Shown here piece by piece: positions 29,310 through 31,905 of a DNA stretch of 31,905 bases (the first letter of the stretch is position 1; every line of letters starts with the position of its first letter). The stretch spans positions 1 through 31,905 of the IMG/VR virus record IMGVR_UViG_3300030708_002998. One strand, given 5' to 3'. The notes beneath the pieces were generated by a model that was given only the letters and a program-made list of their open reading frames with translations, was not told the DNA's origin and did not search any database. Source of the DNA: a virus (lineage: Duplodnaviria; Caudoviricetes). The position numbers were made by a program, and so were the translations under genes.

Positions 29310-30194
29310 ATGGCAAAGAATACTTACTTCACTCACGGAACTAGAGAGGAGCAGATGCTCCAGCAATCTTTAGTGGATGAATTTATCAATATGTTTGGAA
29401 TTACTACGAGTTATATTCCAAGAAGATTGCTAAGAAAGGATGCAGTTTTAAATGAAGAGATAATCTCTGAGTTTACTGACTCATTCACTATGGAAGCATA
29501 TCTCGAAAACTTTGAAGGATTCCAAGGTGCTGGAGATATTCTTACTAAGTTTGGAATTAGATCAACTGATGAAATTACCTTAGTAATTTCTAGGCAGTTA
29601 TTTGAAGATTTAATTTCTCTTCCAATGCAATTGGTAGAAAATATCCAAGTTCCACAAAGACCGTCTGAAGGAGATTTAATTTATTTTCCACTATCAGATA
29701 ATATTTTTGAAGTTAAGTTTGTAGAACACGAATCACCATTTTATCAGTTTGGTAAATTATACACTTACAAACTGAAGTGTGAGTTGTTTGAATACTCTAA
29801 TGAAGTTACAGGTGAAGGTATTTTTGCAACTCAAGAAGACGAAGGATTTGTCGTTAAGTACTATTATGATGAATCTACTCTCAGTGGTAGTCCTGAAATT
29901 GGAGAACTCGTTACTGGTTCTGTAACAGGTCTTACAGCAAGAATCAACTCATGGAATCCAAACATGAGTTATATTGAACTCAGAGCACCAACAGGTAGTA
30001 CTGAGCATGGTCAATTCCAGGCTGGAGAAACTCTTACAGGATCTAACAGTGGATTCTCTATAAATATTTCTAGCTTCGACGAACTTGATATGAAGGATAC
30101 TTACGCCGACAACATTGAGTTTGAAACTGAAGGCGACGGAATCCTGGACTTTACAGAAAGAAACCCATTTGGAGAATTTGGAAATAGGAGTTAA
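29310..30194 (+). CDS. g14: Neck protein gp14
   Basis: EQxLxQxLVDE, YIPR, RPSEGDLIYFP, PFYQFGK, DFTERNPFGE. Confidence 0.95.
   Translation: MAKNTYFTHGTREEQMLQQSLVDEFINMFGITTSYIPRRLLRKDAVLNEEIISEFTDSFTMEAYLENFEGFQGAGDILTKFGIRSTDEITLVISRQLFEDLISLPMQLVENIQVPQRPSEGDLIYFPLSDNIFEVKFVEHESPFYQFGKLYTYKLKCELFEYSNEVTGEGIFATQEDEGFVVKYYYDESTLSGSPEIGELVTGSVTGLTARINSWNPNMSYIELRAPTGSTEHGQFQAGETLTGSNSGFSINISSFDELDMKDTYADNIEFETEGDGILDFTERNPFGEFGNRS
30059..30066 (+). promoter_or_regulatory. Late promoter internal to g14 (TATAAATA), probably serving g15-g16
   Basis: Perfect consensus ~130 nt upstream of g15. Confidence 0.6.
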
Positions 30195-30196
30195 TT

Positions 30197-31003
30197 ATGT
30201 TAGGAACTTATAATTATAACCAGGTTATTAGAAAGTGTGTTGTTGGATTCGGCACACTTTTTAATAATCTGGAGATTCGTAAATTTAATGATGATGGATC
30301 AGTTTACCAGAGGATGAAGGTTCCTTTGGCATATGGTCCTAGTCAAAAGTTTTTAGCTCGTCTTGAGCAACAACCAGATCTTGGTCGTCCTAATGCGATC
30401 ACTCTACCACGACTGTCATTTGAAATGACTGGTATGAGTTATGATCCAACAAGAAAGCAAAGTCCAACACAATACTGTTTGACTAACGAGGATGCTACTG
30501 GAGTAAAAAAGACATACATTCCAGTACCATATAATCTTGAGTTTGAACTAAATGTTCTTAGTAAAACTCAAGATGATTGCCTGCAAATTGTAGAGCAAAT
30601 TATACCATTCTTCCAACCATCTTTCAACTTATCAATTAAATTAGTTGAAGAAGCAAACATTATTAAAGATGTTCCTATTGTAATGAATAGTATTTCATTC
30701 AACGATGATTATGAAGGGAACTTTGACACAAGAAGAGCACTTGTATACACTCTAAGGTTTACTGTAAAGACATATATTTACGGTCCTACTACAGATACAG
30801 GTCTCATCAAGAAAGCGATCACCAAGGAATATGCCAAGGTTGATCTTGCTTCACCTGGAAGATATCGCAAGTATCAAGTTACGCCAAAAGCAAAAGTTGA
30901 TAAGAACAACGACAATGTTGTTGATGCTATTGACGATTCATTGCTTGTATCTGGTGATGACTTTGGATTTAACGAAACCTCCTCTTTCTTTGAAGACCTA
31001 TGA
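30197..31003 (+). CDS. g15: Tail sheath stabiliser/terminator gp15
   Basis: FGTLFNN, KVPLAYGP..KF, LPRLSFEM, PVPYNL, QIVEQIIPFFQP. Confidence 0.95.
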   Translation: MLGTYNYNQVIRKCVVGFGTLFNNLEIRKFNDDGSVYQRMKVPLAYGPSQKFLARLEQQPDLGRPNAITLPRLSFEMTGMSYDPTRKQSPTQYCLTNEDATGVKKTYIPVPYNLEFELNVLSKTQDDCLQIVEQIIPFFQPSFNLSIKLVEEANIIKDVPIVMNSISFNDDYEGNFDTRRALVYTLRFTVKTYIYGPTTDTGLIKKAITKEYAKVDLASPGRYRKYQVTPKAKVDKNNDNVVDAIDDSLLVSGDDFGFNETSSFFEDL

Positions 31004-31428
31004 GCGAAAACTACGACGGAATCGAAGACGCATTAAATGTAGAGGCAGATATTGTCCCTGCAGAAGTTACACCAAAACCAAAGAAAAGAACAGAACGTAT
31101 TATTGATATTGAAAAAGATATCAAAAAAGATTACGACTATACTAGAGGTCAACTCTATGATGTTATTGAGAAGGGTCAAGAGGCGCTCTCAGGTGCCTTA
31201 GACGTTGCTAATAACACAGACCACCCTAGAGCATATGAAGTTGCTGGTCAATTAGTTAAGAGTGTTTCTGACGCTGCTGAAAAACTTATTGATCTTCAAA
31301 AGAAAATGCAAGACATTGAAGAGGGTCCTAAGTCCAAACAAAAAGTTACTAACAATAATGCTTTGTTCGTTGGGTCAACTGCAGAGTTGTCTAAACTAAT
31401 TAAGCAAGGTCTTTTAGATAATAAATAA
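31000..31428 (+). CDS. g16: Terminase small subunit gp16
   Basis: DYDYTRGQL, HPRAYEVAGQL, NNALFVGSTAEL. Confidence 0.95.
   Translation: MSENYDGIEDALNVEADIVPAEVTPKPKKRTERIIDIEKDIKKDYDYTRGQLYDVIEKGQEALSGALDVANNTDHPRAYEVAGQLVKSVSDAAEKLIDLQKKMQDIEEGPKSKQKVTNNNALFVGSTAELSKLIKQGLLDNK
31420..31427 (+). promoter_or_regulatory. Late promoter (AATAAATA) at the end of g16
   Basis: ATAAATA core ~20 nt before the ATG at 31447. Confidence 0.6.
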
Positions 31429-31446
31429 ACATAAAGCTTTATTCCG

Positions 31447-31725
31447 ATGGTATACACAATTAAGTCCAGTGCTGTAGCACTGTCAGACACAGCAAGTACG
31501 GTAAGCGATGCAAATCGTGTTCTCATCCAACACAATGCAAATGCTGGCACTTCTCATTTAGTCACTCTTAAAAGTGATGCCACCGCTGGTGGTCCTGCAG
31601 TTGTTGGAACTTTTTACATTCACCCAGGACAAGATATCGTAATTAAAAAAGATAGATTGTTTACTCTTGAGGTTCCCAACGGCACCACTGATGTATACGC
31701 AACCTCTATCGGATTAGAAGGATGA
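31447..31725 (+). CDS. Small beta-rich hypothetical protein
   Basis: 92-aa ORF after a late promoter, coupled to the next ORF. Confidence 0.7.
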   Translation: MVYTIKSSAVALSDTASTVSDANRVLIQHNANAGTSHLVTLKSDATAGGPAVVGTFYIHPGQDIVIKKDRLFTLEVPNGTTDVYATSIGLEG

Positions 31726-31905
31726 AAACATTTAAAGAATTTTGTACACAACTTGACGAAGCAGCATGGACGAAAAAAGCAGGACAGAACAAAGAAGGTG
31801 GACTCAACGAGAAGGGCAGGAAGTCCTACGAGAGGGAGAACCCTGGCAGCGACTTGAAAGCACCAACCAAGAAGAAGGGCAATCCGAGAAGAAAATCCTT
31901 CTGTG
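31722..31905 (+). CDS. 3'-truncated basic protein (DUF6321-like), possible internal head protein; absent from the ORF track
   Basis: ATGA overlap. Translates MKTFKEFCTQLDEAAWTKKAGQNKEGGLNEKGRKSYERENPGSDLKAPTKKKGNPRRKSFC and stays open to the window end. Confidence 0.8.
   Translation, partial: MKTFKEFCTQLDEAAWTKKAGQNKEGGLNEKGRKSYERENPGSDLKAPTKKKGNPRRKSFC

Noticed and set aside
1-31905. tRNA, CRISPR array, intron or intein
   Set aside because: Intergenic gaps are all under ~45 nt, I recognised no repeat-spacer pattern or splicing motifs, and the core genes are of normal length.

Overview
Late, virion-morphogenesis region of a T4-like (Kyanoviridae-type) marine cyanomyophage, entirely on the + strand. 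It holds two giant paralogous fibre/structural proteins (>2490 aa and 3339 aa), a cassette of lectin/LamG-like genes, and a tightly coupled late operon. That operon encodes a propeller-tipped fibre, a putative chaperone, a U32 Fe-S/methyltransferase fusion and two 2OG-Fe(II) oxygenases. The core genes g13, g14, g15 and g16 follow, with T4-type late promoters (TATAAATA) throughout. The most striking observation is that the 3339-aa protein carries four helical repeats resembling phycobiliprotein subunits, with Cys kept at positions matching both bilin attachment sites (Cys82/84 and beta-Cys153/155). The neighbouring giant protein carries a cupredoxin-like His/Cys/His/Met site. All family calls come from visual motif recognition; no searches were run.
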